A stretch of DNA of 64,000 nt, taken from Phoronis australis. Taxonomy: Eukaryota; Animalia; Phoronida. This document shows, piece after piece, positions 51,701 to 64,000 of this stretch. Within the stretch, counting starts at the first letter, position 1. Every line of letters begins with the position of its first letter. Location: NCBI GenBank assembly GCA_002633005.1, contig NMRA01000778.1, positions 1 through 64,000 on the forward strand, read 5' to 3'. The notes under the pieces are model-generated. The model was not told the DNA's origin, did no database searches, and was given only the letters and a program-made list of their open reading frames with translations. Position numbers and translations under genes: made by a program.

Positions 51701-54700
51701 GGATAGAGCCCTGGTTCGAAGGATATGAAGTTCATGGTATCATGGGTCCAGATTTTCCTTCGGAACTATAGGTTCTCCGGTCTGTTGACCCAATACTTAG
51801 TGATATTGAACTTTAGTGACCAAAGGGCCTTTGCTCTTGGTTTAGATGGACTGAAGATTGTGGTTCGAATGTCGTCTGGTCTGAAGATGAAGCACTGGGA
51901 TTTAGTTATGACCCACGTGACTGTACATAATACCGCAGACCTTTGCTCTGTAGACCGCCATCCCGCATAATATTATTGCGGAGATTGACTCCTATTTTTC
52001 CACGTAACACCATCAGTGTTGATAAGTCAAAGCCCAAGCTCCAATGCCAAATAATTGCTGGGTGTAAATAGTTGAGTTTTTGTCAGGAAAATGGCACCTG
52101 GCCACTGTATGAGCTTTTTTATGTAGTTTGATGTATGCCTAACTGAATGTTTCTTAGTGATTCCGGGAAATGTCAAGACTGTATGTTCAGTGTGTCTGGC
52201 CTTGTAAGAATTCCTGGAAAACTGCAAAACAATATTGTCAGTTAGCTGGAAGTCGTCAGGCTGCTGGTGGGAGACGAGAATGGATTAGGAGATTTGCAAA
52301 CTGATCGAGAAAAGTTTGAAATCTTTATTCTTGCTGTGAACGGATATTTGTCGGTTTTTCAAACTCCAGCCCTCGTCCGGTTACACACTGACTGTGGATC
52401 AGGAGTTTAATACTGAACAGTTGTAGTTCATGATGGGGATTCCGAATGGAGTCTGTGATGATTTCACAGGACTGGGAAATATTTTCTCGAAAAACGTGAC
52501 ATTTACGGTAAAGATCAAGGGTTAAACGGTCGTGATTCATGTCTGAATATTTATCAAACAAATCAAATTATTTAATCGCGAGTATTAGAATTCTTTGTTT
52601 AGCCATCATTTTCATCATGGTTCTCTTGGTCGTGTCGTCCAAGCTGTCATTTCTTAAACGTGACATCCACTAAGTGAGTCCCCTGATCCCAATTTCATAT
52701 TGATGCTCTCCAACATTTTACTCCTCATCAGCGTTGTCCAGCAAGTGATGACATTAAAAACGTGTGACTTATTAATTCTGCTTTTGGTGGTTGGCCGTCA
52801 ACATTATGCGGTGAAAAAAAACACATTTTGAAGGTACACACAGTTGACACTTCCTCAGACTGTGCAGATACTGTATACCTGTGCAGTGTGCGCTCATTCT
52901 TTTAGTCCCAGTCCTTGAAATATAAAACTGCACATATCACAACAGATAACATTGGGTATCGAACAAGGCCTGTAAGTTTATCACTTTAAGGAAATGCTCA
53001 AGAGCGTTTTCAAGTGATAAAGTTTGAAAATTACATGTTTACTTGCCGAGGAAGCTTTGCACTACTTACAAAGCATTGGACTGCAATGACCATGTTTGTG
53101 AATTCAAGTTTGTCTCGGGGGCTGATCCCAAGAAACATTTTTCGTGCCAATTCTGTCTTTACAGAAGTTTCAGTGCAGTTGCTAGTATGATCAATACCGA
53201 TAACCCTGGTTGGTATTCATGGTACTTTATAACTAGCATATACAGCAACATATGTTGGGTAACCCTGTGGCACAAGTCACCACCATGTTACCTTAATGTT
53301 TTGGTTCCCTCATTTCCTATTGACGTTCATGACAAACAGTAGCCCAGGGCATGTGCAATTGTATACAAGTGTTTTTTATAAGAAAAATGGTTGGCCTTGT
53401 GTGGTTATTTCCTGGTAAGGATAGAATGTTAGAAGAATAGGTCAGGAATTTTTGGCGTGCCAGGGGACATATTAAACATTAAGTCTTCTATTCTAAAGTT
53501 ATTTTAATAATTATTCACTGAAGCTGTGATTTTTTGAGTGATAGACATCCCTGTAATATGGTCTTAGTACATAAAGATGTTGTGATATTTTAAGATCCTT
53601 TAGTATTACTACGGTAATTAAAGGGGGAAGTTACTAGTAAAAAATTTGGATGGTTCGTTAAGGGTATTTTTCTCATAGAACCTTTTTGCCTGTCGCAGGC
53701 ATGTTGACCAGTGTCCACCAACTCAACATGCACAAGCTGGTGTCAAACCAACTGTGTACTATAGACCATGAAGCCACAAACCTAATAGGGCTGTCCAGGA
53801 TTACCTACACTGCCACAGAGCTCTCCTTTGTCCCAGAGATTAGAAAGTGTTTGAAGTGGGGCACATTTTTGTTTATCTCTTTGATTTCGGGAGGACAAAG
53901 AATTTCATGTCATGCATTGTTGGTTATTTGTTCCATTGAACAAACTTTCTCTGGTCAGAGCTGTAGCCCACAACACAGCAGTAATACTTCTTTGGCATTG
54001 TACCTTTTGGGTGTAAGTTATTGATGAGTTCATGTGTTTCTAATTTAGTAAATGAATTCATGCCTCTCATTAGTACACACAATAGGTTGACATAGAAGCT
54101 CTGCTTATTTTATTTTCACCATTAATCAAGACGAGCTTTTAATTATGTCACAAATATCATGACAGCCTGAATAGTCTCTAAGTGCCTATCTTTACAATGG
54201 CTTATCGTGATTGGCCGACTCAGAGAAAATTTGTCCCCTTATTAACAAAATTTTCACCTTATGGAAATATTTAAAGCATTAAAATGGTCAATTTTATTCA
54301 AGAACATCCCCTTGTGAAGTTCAGATAGTATCACCATCTTTTATGTGTATATTTCTTTAGTAAACCCAGTTTTTTACTAAAAAATGTTAGCAAGGAGACA
54401 CTTGTGTTTTCCCTAAGCTCTTAATTAGATTATTATGAAAAGTTTAATTGGTATGAACACCATATTTTCTTCAGACCTATCGTGTATCTAAACAAAGTTA
54501 TTTATCAATAAAGCCTTTTTGTTGAAGAATAGATAAAAAAGACTTGAGGACACTTGCCACCACATCCGGCATTTTCAGTACAAACTTGCGAAAACGAAAA
54601 AATCGTGCCAGTGTCCTAAGTAGTGTACTGTACCTAGACAATAAAACCAACACATGATATCTAAAACACGTTTCCATGTGAACATAAATGTTATGCTGTT

Positions 54701-55927
54701 AATTCTACTCTTACACAATGTTTCCTAGCCACTACCTTGTGTGTGTACATGTTTATTGATATTGGAAATTGTCTTTAGCAATGCTTGTCTCTTTATTTAC
54801 CTGGTCGCTAGGAGACCAGAGAGTTCAGCTCAGTAGCATAGCTGTAGCTACCTGGCTTACCTCCTATTATGATTCATAAATGGGTGTACTTCAGGGAAAT
54901 AACAATGGGGTGACCTCAAACTAAGCCCTAATATTGGGGAATCTGTTTTCCTTCAGTACCCATTATGGAGGAGGGTTTTTATGTAGTGACTGTTACCCCC
55001 ATTTGAAATGTAGTAAGGGGAATGACCACAAGATGTGTGTGTGTGTGCCTGGGTGTGCCTGTGCCTGTGCCTGTGCATGTGTGTGTGTTGTGAATGACCT
55101 GATTGAAAACTGGTTTGTTATTGTGCTAGGAACAAATAAAGGGAAATAATTACCCCTCTATGGGACCACAAAATAAGGTATAAATTTGCCTGACTTCCAG
55201 GTATCCCAATTATAAGACATGGTCATACTGCCAAGTTGGTGACAGATTGAAAGAGCCAAAATCAAATTCTGCTGGCTGGCTGTTTTCAGAAACTGTATGG
55301 CTTCACTGAGTTAAAAGCTACAGATGTGTGAATGTTTCCCAAAAGGAGCAGTCTTGTCAGTAAACTGCTACATAACCTTAGCTGAGGAACAGTGTCATGT
55401 GTTTGTTTTAGATTAGGGAATACAAATAGAGTTTTTTACCAAAATGTTGGGAAGATAAACATTATTGGTTAGACATTTTGTTTTGTTTCACATGACATTC
55501 CTTTTGACAAGGAAAATTTAATTGAATAACGTTTAGAATACAAACTGAATGTGCATTGCAATTTTTAGTTTCAATAGGGTTTTGATATTGTTAGGCTTTG
55601 GGCAGTGGTTATAGAATGTAAGAACAACGACAGCCGATTTAAATTATGCTTCATGTAAAACCCTCCAATTTCCCGTCTCTGTTGCCATGAAGAAATAAAT
55701 TAAGTTTTGTGTGTTTCAAAAAGTATGGTGACCTCAGTCGATGTATAAGTTTTATAATGTTGCATGTTGTCTCCAGTGTTTCATGTGAAACATCAATGGT
55801 AAGCTGGCACCCAATTACAGTTGCTGAGGAAATAAATAATCATGTATTGTTCAAAACTCATCACGTTTTACCTGCTTTATTAAATATGCAGTGAAGTAAT
55901 TCAATTCATGTTCAGTTCCATGCCAAA

Positions 55928-56358
55928 AGTGCCGTTTACACTACAAAAGTTGACACGGATCAGCTGACACAGAACAAGTTGTTCCAGTGCAAGTATGTGT
56001 GTAAACGGGACTGAACTGGAGCAAATTGACACCGCGGTAACAACTTTTGCCACCCGTTTGTGAGGTAGAGCAATTTGCGCTAGAAAATCTTGCTCCGCGT
56101 CAATTATGTGTCTAAACGCGAAACTGGAGTAAGGCGGAAAGGATCATCTGTATTGCGCTTGTGTAATGACCTAAATACTGGTTCTCTGTCTCTGCAACTC
56201 TCATCATTTGTAAACCTGCGCATGTGTGATCCACTCTCCAGCCTACAATTTCCATCTTGCCATGGTTAGTGAGTTGTGTGTGTAAACGGCTGCTTGACAC
56301 CGATCAATTTGCTCCGTGTCAGTTGCGCTGGGACAAAAGTTGATGTCTAAACGGGACT
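55928..56358. mobile_element. PIF/Harbinger-like MITE, copy B
   Basis: TIRs AGTGCCGTTTACAC and GTCTAAACGGGACT. Collinear with 22304-22639. Confidence 0.68.
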
Positions 56359-57534
56359 TAGAGCAGGCAGTCTGTGTCAACACAAAACGTTTCTATCTCC
56401 ATACCAACAGGGAACGACTGGGTTGGTTGCATATTCCGTTGACCAATGTTCGAAAAGCTAAATTACTATGGACGATTTAAAATTGATCACCAAAATGGCA
56501 TCGCAAAGCAGACCTACCATATTTAAATACTTTGCTGAATTCCGATTCTTATTTTTCATTGTGTACAACATATTTACTTAATTGTAAATATCTCAAGGAG
56601 GAAAACACCTGAATTAGTTTTTCAAACATTTATTTCATCAGACAGCTTGCGTGCCTGCAGTTCTACATGTTAAGTATGGTATAGTTGAGCTGCAATCCAA
56701 ATGAAACGCTGCATAGTCACTGATCGTCTGCACACTACACTTGAATCAGCTGTAACAAGGGTGTCTCATCACAGGATGGTGCTGTGCTCTCACGCTGTAA
56801 CTTTGTACATTTTCCATCAAAGACTAATCTGAAGGCAACAAAATGTTGTTGGCAGAATCTGTTGTATTTAATAGACATTGGTCGTCATTATCGAATTTCT
56901 GTGGCCATTGGCTGCAGAAATTGTGACTTTTCTAACACTGCCCTGTATTCTCCATTACACTTCTAGAGGCATTAGGGTGGAGAAAGGTTCTGAGATCAGC
57001 CTGGAACTCCTGCGCAAGTGTATCCTCTGCTGGAGGAGTTTAAACTTCATTGCATAAATGGCAGAGTATTTGAAGCCTATTTAGTTTGTAACGTCAGATG
57101 CTTTGATTTCATTGAATGTCTGGCAGAAAACTGCGAAAATTGGTGGTGTACATGAATATCATGAAGAAGAACAGATTTTATTGTTTTATAGCTTTAGACA
57201 AAGCTATGATAAATTCAAGATCTAAAGTTCCCAAAATGCGTTTTTTATTGTTAATATGTTAAGAGCAGCATGTTGCAGTTTGAAACATTATGATACTTCC
57301 TGAAATTTTAACTGGAGATGACATATAATCTCATTACTATTAAGTGTGAAAATGAAAGTAAATTAAAACCTGGAATATTTATTATCCTCGTGTTCCATGT
57401 TGTTGGACTGACAAAACAGCAGGAAATTTTAAAAGGGCATTAGGTTAGAGATTTCAAGTAATGTCTCACCACAGAACGTAAAGCTTGGATAAGATGCCTC
57501 CTCGTTTTCAAGACGTCTACAGTAAGTAGCTTAA

Positions 57535-58569
57535 NNNNNNNNNNNNNNNNNNNNNNNNNNNNNNNNNNNNNNNNNNNNNNNNNNNNNNNNNNNNNNNNNN
57601 NNNNNNNNNNNNNNNNNNNNNNNNNNNNNNNNNNNNNNNNNNNNNNNNNNNNNNNNNNNNNNNNNNNNNNNNNNNNNNNNNNNNNNNNNNNNNNNGTGTC
57701 AAAATACAAGTACCCTATCACCTCACGCCGCTGGTACTTGTACATATTCTGGCATACAGTGCAGATTTCTGTGGTCAATGCCTGGTTGATGTATCAAAGG
57801 GATTTCAAATCCCTTGGTCTACCAAAGAAAGATTTGTCCAAGTTGCGAAAGTTTCAAGCCGAAATAGCAACCTCTCTTATTATGGTGAAAGCCAAGCGTG
57901 GTCGCCAATCCTCTGATGGGAATGGGAATCAAGGCAAGCAGCCAAAAAGAGTCAGGAAAGCGGTTCCTGATGATGTTCGAAAGGACAACACAGGGCATTG
58001 GCCTATGAAACTGCCTAAGCGAGGGCGTTGCGCGTACTGCAAAGGAGGGTATACAGACACAGTGTGTGAGAAGTGTGACATCCGACTTTGTTTTAATGAG
58101 TCAAGGAACTGTTTTCGTCTTGGTCACCTGTAGGACACACATTATTATCAGTAACATTATTGTCATTAGATAAATCGGTTGTTCACTTTGTGGTTAACAT
58201 TGATCATCTACTTCGAAAATAGCGGAACTTCAAGCTATAAATTAGTCTCCACGAAAAAATTTTGAAATGATTATTCACTCCCGTTTTGTATTTGATAATC
58301 CTATAGTCTCATAATTGTCTTGTCTAAGTGATAAGTATGCACATTAGTTGTTTAGACTAATAAAAGTTTATATTTCATTCATTGGTGTTTATACCTTACT
58401 GCACCCATTTAAGCCCAATGTTGCAAATGTGCAACAATGCTAATTAATATGATAATTAGGCAATTAGACTTTTTTTTTGTTTGCACATGATCAAGTAACC
58501 CCCAATAACTTGTAAACCACTAACAAAGTATTTTTATTGTGATTTTTTATATGCCTGGGTCTTGAGGGG
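57535..58569 (+). mobile_element. piggyBac transposon: 3' part, remainder hidden in the gap
   Basis: TTAA (57531-57534) immediately before the gap and GGGG|TTAA right end (58569/58570). Contains the transposase C-terminus. Confidence 0.88.
57696..58133 (+). CDS. piggyBac (PGBD-like) transposase C-terminus, 5' part in the gap
   Basis: RRWYLYIFWH...VVNAWLMY and the Cys-rich domain HWP..RGRCAYC..TVCEKCDIRLC..RNCF..H; uninterrupted ORF. Confidence 0.9.
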   Translation: MSKYKYPITSRRWYLYIFWHTVQISVVNAWLMYQRDFKSLGLPKKDLSKLRKFQAEIATSLIMVKAKRGRQSSDGNGNQGKQPKRVRKAVPDDVRKDNTGHWPMKLPKRGRCAYCKGGYTDTVCEKCDIRLCFNESRNCFRLGHL

Positions 58570-61500
58570 TTAAAAATGCAATTGTGACATTGAAGCAGTG
58601 TCCTCACCATGATTTTAACGTGATGACTCATCGCACTCAAACTTTGAGCAACCACACTCAAAATTTAACTAAAATTCACTTTTGAGCCAACTATTCTATT
58701 ATTGATTGGCTGACAAAGACATGTTAGTCAAAATCGGGCACATTACTGTCAGAATCTTGCATTTTGTATAGTTCAGTTCTTTCCTGACCATGACCGAAAT
58801 ATTGAAACAACACTGAGAACACACAACAGGGTGGTCTCAGCCATCCTTGTACTGCTGTCTTTGCGCTAGTGAAAATATTGAAAAATAGAAAAGACTTCTG
58901 AAAAAGACTTGGAATTGTGTTTAAACTCAGCAACAACGCTTTCTGGTATTCAATACTTAGTTTTAGGTAAATATTCTAAATCAAAGAACGTAGATACAAC
59001 CAAATGTTGTAGGTACTTCCGTTGTACTTTCATGTTATGTTAATTAGTCAACTATTTAGGACACGATAAAGTGGACAAAAGTCATGTAAATAAACAATGC
59101 ATCATCAAATTAAACGGACATTTATCGATTTTAAAGCCATAAATTTTTTTTCTGGATATTTTTCAAAATCTAACATTGTTTTTGTGAATTTATTCTCATT
59201 GTCACCTGTGACACATTCTCTCAAATCAAGAACAGTATCTTTACCATTTCAATTTGGTGCAGCAGCAGAGCACTCGGTTGCTACAGTGGATCTAGCGAGT
59301 TTGATTGCTTGTTATTGATAATTAATATAAAATTTCTTTTCTCAGAGGATGTTCCTTTAATGCTTCACCATTGTGAGTTCTTGTCCTTCCTTGCCGTCTG
59401 ACAATTCTATTTTTTTTGCTCTAACTACAGTGTTAGAAGCTCTAGAAAAATGAGAAAAGTGCTATTTTGACAAATATTTTGCGTTCAAAATTATGGGGAT
59501 TTTATCGTACCAAGTTAAAGTTATTATTAATAAATGCAAACTGACTATTTACAGCTGTTGTATCCACTTTGTGCAGATGGTGATCGGAGTTATTGATATT
59601 TTAACATTTATGATTGAAATGCAGTCAGTAAGTTTCCCAGGGCTTGTAAGACGTCACCAGTTTGTATTACAGAGGCTAGGAAAGGATTATAGCATTAGTT
59701 TGTTTTGTCTGTTAATAACTGGTTATGGTGAAAAAGGTGGACAAGTGCGACAAATCTGTGGGAGAGAAGGCTGAACTATTGAGTCATGGACCAGGTTGTT
59801 CTTCTTTTATCCACAGTTACTCAGTTAAACAGTCTGTGATGGTTGATAATTCTACCAGTATTATCTTTTCAAGGCTTGAATGCAGCAGTAACCTAAAGGC
59901 AGTACCCTTGGTATTTGCCGAATTTACAAGAAACAAGAAGCCCAATTTATGCTTGTAGTCGTTTGTTTCAAATTTGTTTTATATCCCTAATTAGTGTTTC
60001 ACTTACGTGACATTGTGTCATTGTTCACATATTATTAAAAATATGTTTGTGAGTTTAAAGTTGTGCCTGAAGCTTCCTATCACCCAGGCCTTGGGCTAAA
60101 AGTTTAACCCCAGGTCTTGTCAGAGACAAGTTCGTGATAAAGTGGTTGTATCAGCCAACAGGTGACAGCAGACAGGATTACTTGCTTAGGAATCTGCACA
60201 AAATTCACCCATTGTGTCATATCAATTGATCATAGTGTGATTTGGGACCAAAGCACAATGTGCATGCATCTGATTGTATAGAACATTGATTCAGCCAGAA
60301 ATGTTCAGGTCTTGACTGGGTGAGTTTTTATCAGGTTGGACTGTAAGTTTGTCTATCTCTGTATTGATGACATTTTGATATGGGTGATCATCCATTAATA
60401 GTTCTAAAGCTTGTCTGTTTACATATTTGTCGAATTTACAGTATAAACGTTATCGATATTGGACACTCCCATTTGTAATGTCATAACATCATCTTAAAAT
60501 ATCGCAGTGTATCCTGTTTTGATTTTGCAATCTGTATTTTTTCACTCAGGGTCCAAATCTAGATTTTTTTTTATGCTATGCAATCATATTGGCAGATTTC
60601 CTTTACCTCTGGCAGATATTTGTATGGTGATCTTGGTACTTATATTTATTTATCTGCAATACTGTGCCCCAGGGGGCAGCCCTCCCGCTACAGTTGCTTG
60701 CACTACCACCATTGACTCTATTTCACAGCAAAGTTATTATAAAAAAGAATTCATCATTCTTATGCTACCATCGTCAAGTTCTCAATACTTGTCACACAGT
60801 GAGCTGTAACACAAAGCATTGACTCTGTAAAATTTTACCAATTTAGGATAACATGGCAGACCAATGAAAGTTATTTTTTCCATTTTTATAGAATATACAT
60901 TACACCAATTAAATGCTTATTTCATTTTTAAGATCTGTTCTTATTCACATTAAAATTAAAAGCTTTTGAAAATTGAAAAAGAACGTTTTTAACAAACGCG
61001 TTTGTCGGAGATTTTGCAGTAAGCTAGATGGGTCACAGCGTATCATACATTAACCTCCACATATCTACTTACTTTAGAAATGATTTACAAACCAATCTTC
61101 CGAAATTAGGTTCTGTCTTACTGAGCATTTTTCTTTGTCTGCTATAAAGGAGAGTTGACTTCAAAGGACAGGTATGCATGGGGGAAAAAAGAGACCTTCA
61201 TTCATCATGATGTTAATCAATTTATGGGAGAGAGTGGATAAGTTTTGACGTTGAATTTCACTGCTGGCAAAAAATTTTGTCCCCTTTGCGGACAGCTCAT
61301 CTATGTGGATATGTGCTAATGTTTTACCTCAGCTGTTTCTCCGCGCAGTTTGTTGAAATTGTGATAAATTATCTTCCAAGTCCTAATTAGCGGCTAGGGG
61401 CAACAGTGTGTCATTAACGTATGAGTTTCTTGCATCAGAAATGCTGCTTTAATCTGGTAAAACATTGGATACCAGTTCGTCTAATTTATTTTGAAAACTA

Positions 61501-62154
61501 CGGCTGCACTTCTATCTCTGGGGTGCTTGCGTGACCAGGGCTTGATTTGGCAACATGTAGGTTGCCAATGCAACCTCATATTTTGCTTGGAGACTGGGTA
61601 CAAAAAATGTCAAGTCACCACACTAACATCCAAGCATGTACTCAAAATACTACAGGAAGTAAGTTAATGGGTCATCAGAACCACTTAACAAAATTCTGAA
61701 TGGCCTGTTTATGAGTCTGCTTCTGCCTCAGAGTGACCCTGCAGGAGTTATTGGGCTCAGCAAGAAATTGATTGTTGCTAAGCACATGACTGTCTCCTAA
61801 CATTCCATTTCACTAAAACAGTTCCGTCTCTGGTTGACTAGTAGACCTTTGCCGAGTTCGCTGGTCCTTCCATTCAGCGATAGCGTTCATTTGATTTTTG
61901 ACTCTTGCCAAGTATTTGTCATTTGTATAGGCCCGGACTTTGGCAACCCCATGCGGGATTTCCTTGAATTGGCGACCTCAGTTCCGGAAATTTTGCCTGG
62001 TTCCATTTGGTAAGCTGACATTATGCTAAGCATAGTGTACCGACTGTTTGACACTTAGGTTCTCACCCTCCACCACTGTCTTGTCAGATTGGTATTTGAA
62101 TGAAAGCCACATACTATATCCCCAGTTACCATCAGGTACATAGTCAACTTATAG

Positions 62155-62732
62155 TGTTCAACCCTTCTCTTCGCTAGGGTATTCGTTGTCATGTAGTCTG
62201 GTATTTGATCGACGGAAATAAACCTGGACTCCACTTACGCAGTGGATTTCCTTGATTCTTGAGCTGGACATATTCAAGTCTTGACACACCGAACGACAAA
62301 AATAATTGCCAAAATTGTGTCTTTTCATTTTCAAAAGCTTCTAATGTCTGTTTGAATGTTCACAATATCTCAGAAACATTGACTGAAGGTTATGGCATGG
62401 ACATTTAAAATGGTATTGCGTCTATTTTGTGGTACTTTCTTTTATTAAAAAAAGAAAACAAATTTCACTTGTGGGACATATTGTGTCCTAAATTGGTGAC
62501 AGTTTTCTTGCCGTTTCTGCTTTAGCAGTAATCTTTGTTACAATAAAATCTCACCAATGTGGCCCACAGCAGAAGTTATACTTTCTTATTTTTACACACA
62601 AAACATAGAGCACCAAATTAAAATTGCTTTACCTTTTTCATGTTTTTTATGATCTTTGCCATCATACAACTTCTTGTATTTCATAACATTGTAAGAAGAC
62701 CTTGAAAATGAGACAAATACATGTTTAAGTTT
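62155..62732 (+). repeat. ~580-bp direct repeat, copy 1 (copy 2 at 63424-64000)
   Basis: Near-identical with scattered substitutions and small indels. Copy 2 starts right after a single N (63423). Confidence 0.93.
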
Positions 62733-62793
62733 CTAAAGGTATTTTTGTTGGACATTGGTGAGATTTTATTACACACACATTGCTTTCAAATGT

Positions 62794-63229
62794 CAAGGTA
62801 CCTAAACTACACGGTCAACGGACTCAGGAACACGGGCACGGACACGGACACATGAACACGATTCACAGACCTGCAAACACCGTCCACTGACTCACAAACA
62901 TGGGAACGGACTCACAAAACACAATCCACGCACCCAAATACACGCGACACGGACTCATATTCACGAGGAAACACGGTTAACGGACCGCCAAACATGGGTC
63001 ACGGACAAAAGGAAGATGTCAGCTGACCCAGGAAGCCAATGAGTCCGTGACCCGTGTTTGGCGGTCTGTTAACCATGTTTCCTTGTGAATATGAGTCCGT
63101 GTCCCGTGTATTTGGGTGCGTGGATCGTGTTTTGTGAGTCTGTTCCCATGTTTGTGAGTCAGTGGACGGTGTTTGCAGGTCCGTGAGTCGTGTTTATGAG
63201 TCCGTTGACCGTGTAGTTTAGGTACCTTG
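62794..63229. mobile_element. Fold-back MITE (436 bp) with 5-bp TSD AATGT
   Basis: CAAGGTACCTAAACTACACGGTCAACGGACTCA...TGAGTCCGTTGACCGTGTAGTTTAGGTACCTTG. Arms of ~200 bp around a ~35-bp spacer, with AATGT on both sides. Confidence 0.9.
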
Positions 63230-63423
63230 AATGTGGTGTTCGTACAAATAAGTCTCAGAAGTCTTATCTGCTTATTCTCCTAGGGTTTATTATCCATCAA
63301 TCTGGTCATGGTAATATCATGTAGAATGTCTCATTATTTGTCTATAACAGATCTCATTAATTCTCCAATCTCTTACACCATCTTGATCTTATGTACTGGG
63401 TTGGATAGATAGGGACAGATTTN

Positions 63424-64000
63424 TGTTCAACCCTTCCCTTTGCTAGGGTATTCGTTGTCATGTAGTCTGGTATTTGATCGACGGAAATAAACCTGGTCTC
63501 CACTTACGCAGTGGATTTCCTTGATTCTTGAGCTGGACACATTCAAGTCTTGACACACCAAACGACAAAAATAATTGCCAAAATTGTGTCTTTTCATTTT
63601 CAAAAGCTTCTAGTGTTCGTTTGAATGTCTACAATTTCTCAGAAACATTGACTGAAGGTTATGGCATGGACATTTAAAATGGTATAGCGTCTATTTGGTG
63701 GTACTTTCTTTTATTAAAAAATGAAAACAAATTTCACTTGTGGGACATATTGTGTTCTAAATTGGTGAGAGTTTTCTTGCCGTTTTTGCTTTAGCAGTAA
63801 TCTTTGTTACGATAAAATCTCACCAATGTGGCCCTCAGCTGAATTTATAATTTCTTATTTTTACACAAAACATAGAACACCAGATTAACATTGCTTTACC
63901 TTTTTCATGTTTTTTATGATCTTTGCTATCATACAACTTCTGGTGTTTCATAACCAGTGTAAGAAGACCTTGAAAATGAGACAAATACATGTTTAAGTTT
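63424..64000 (+). repeat. ~580-bp direct repeat, copy 2 (runs off the window end)
   Basis: Matches 62155-62732. Confidence 0.93.

Overview
Eukaryotic genomic DNA, AT-rich with spliceosomal GT-AG introns and scaffold gaps; the gene and repeat content point to a marine invertebrate animal, though the species cannot be determined from this window. The main feature is a 14-coding-exon gene on the + strand (19984-34702, 686 aa by hand splicing, reading frame intact across every junction). It encodes a receptor tyrosine kinase with an unusual layout: signal peptide, apextrin C-terminal (ApeC)-like ectodomain with all 8 cysteines but no DxED motifs, a short stalk, a single TM helix, and a catalytically intact MET/RON/TAM-like kinase. 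Intron 9 holds a Kolobok-type DNA transposon (TTAA TSD, long TIRs, convergent THAP and P2X7-ballast-like 'KolX' ORFs). Downstream is a second, fold-back Kolobok-like structure with two inverted KolX remnants and a nested RNase H-bearing non-LTR 3' end. The window also has two CR1/L2-clade LINE remnants, a tRNA-derived SINE, a piggyBac 3' end, several MITEs, the probable promoter and first coding exon of an unidentified second gene (45082), and a likely haplotype-duplication artefact at the right end. All calls come from reading the sequence by eye; no database searches were run.
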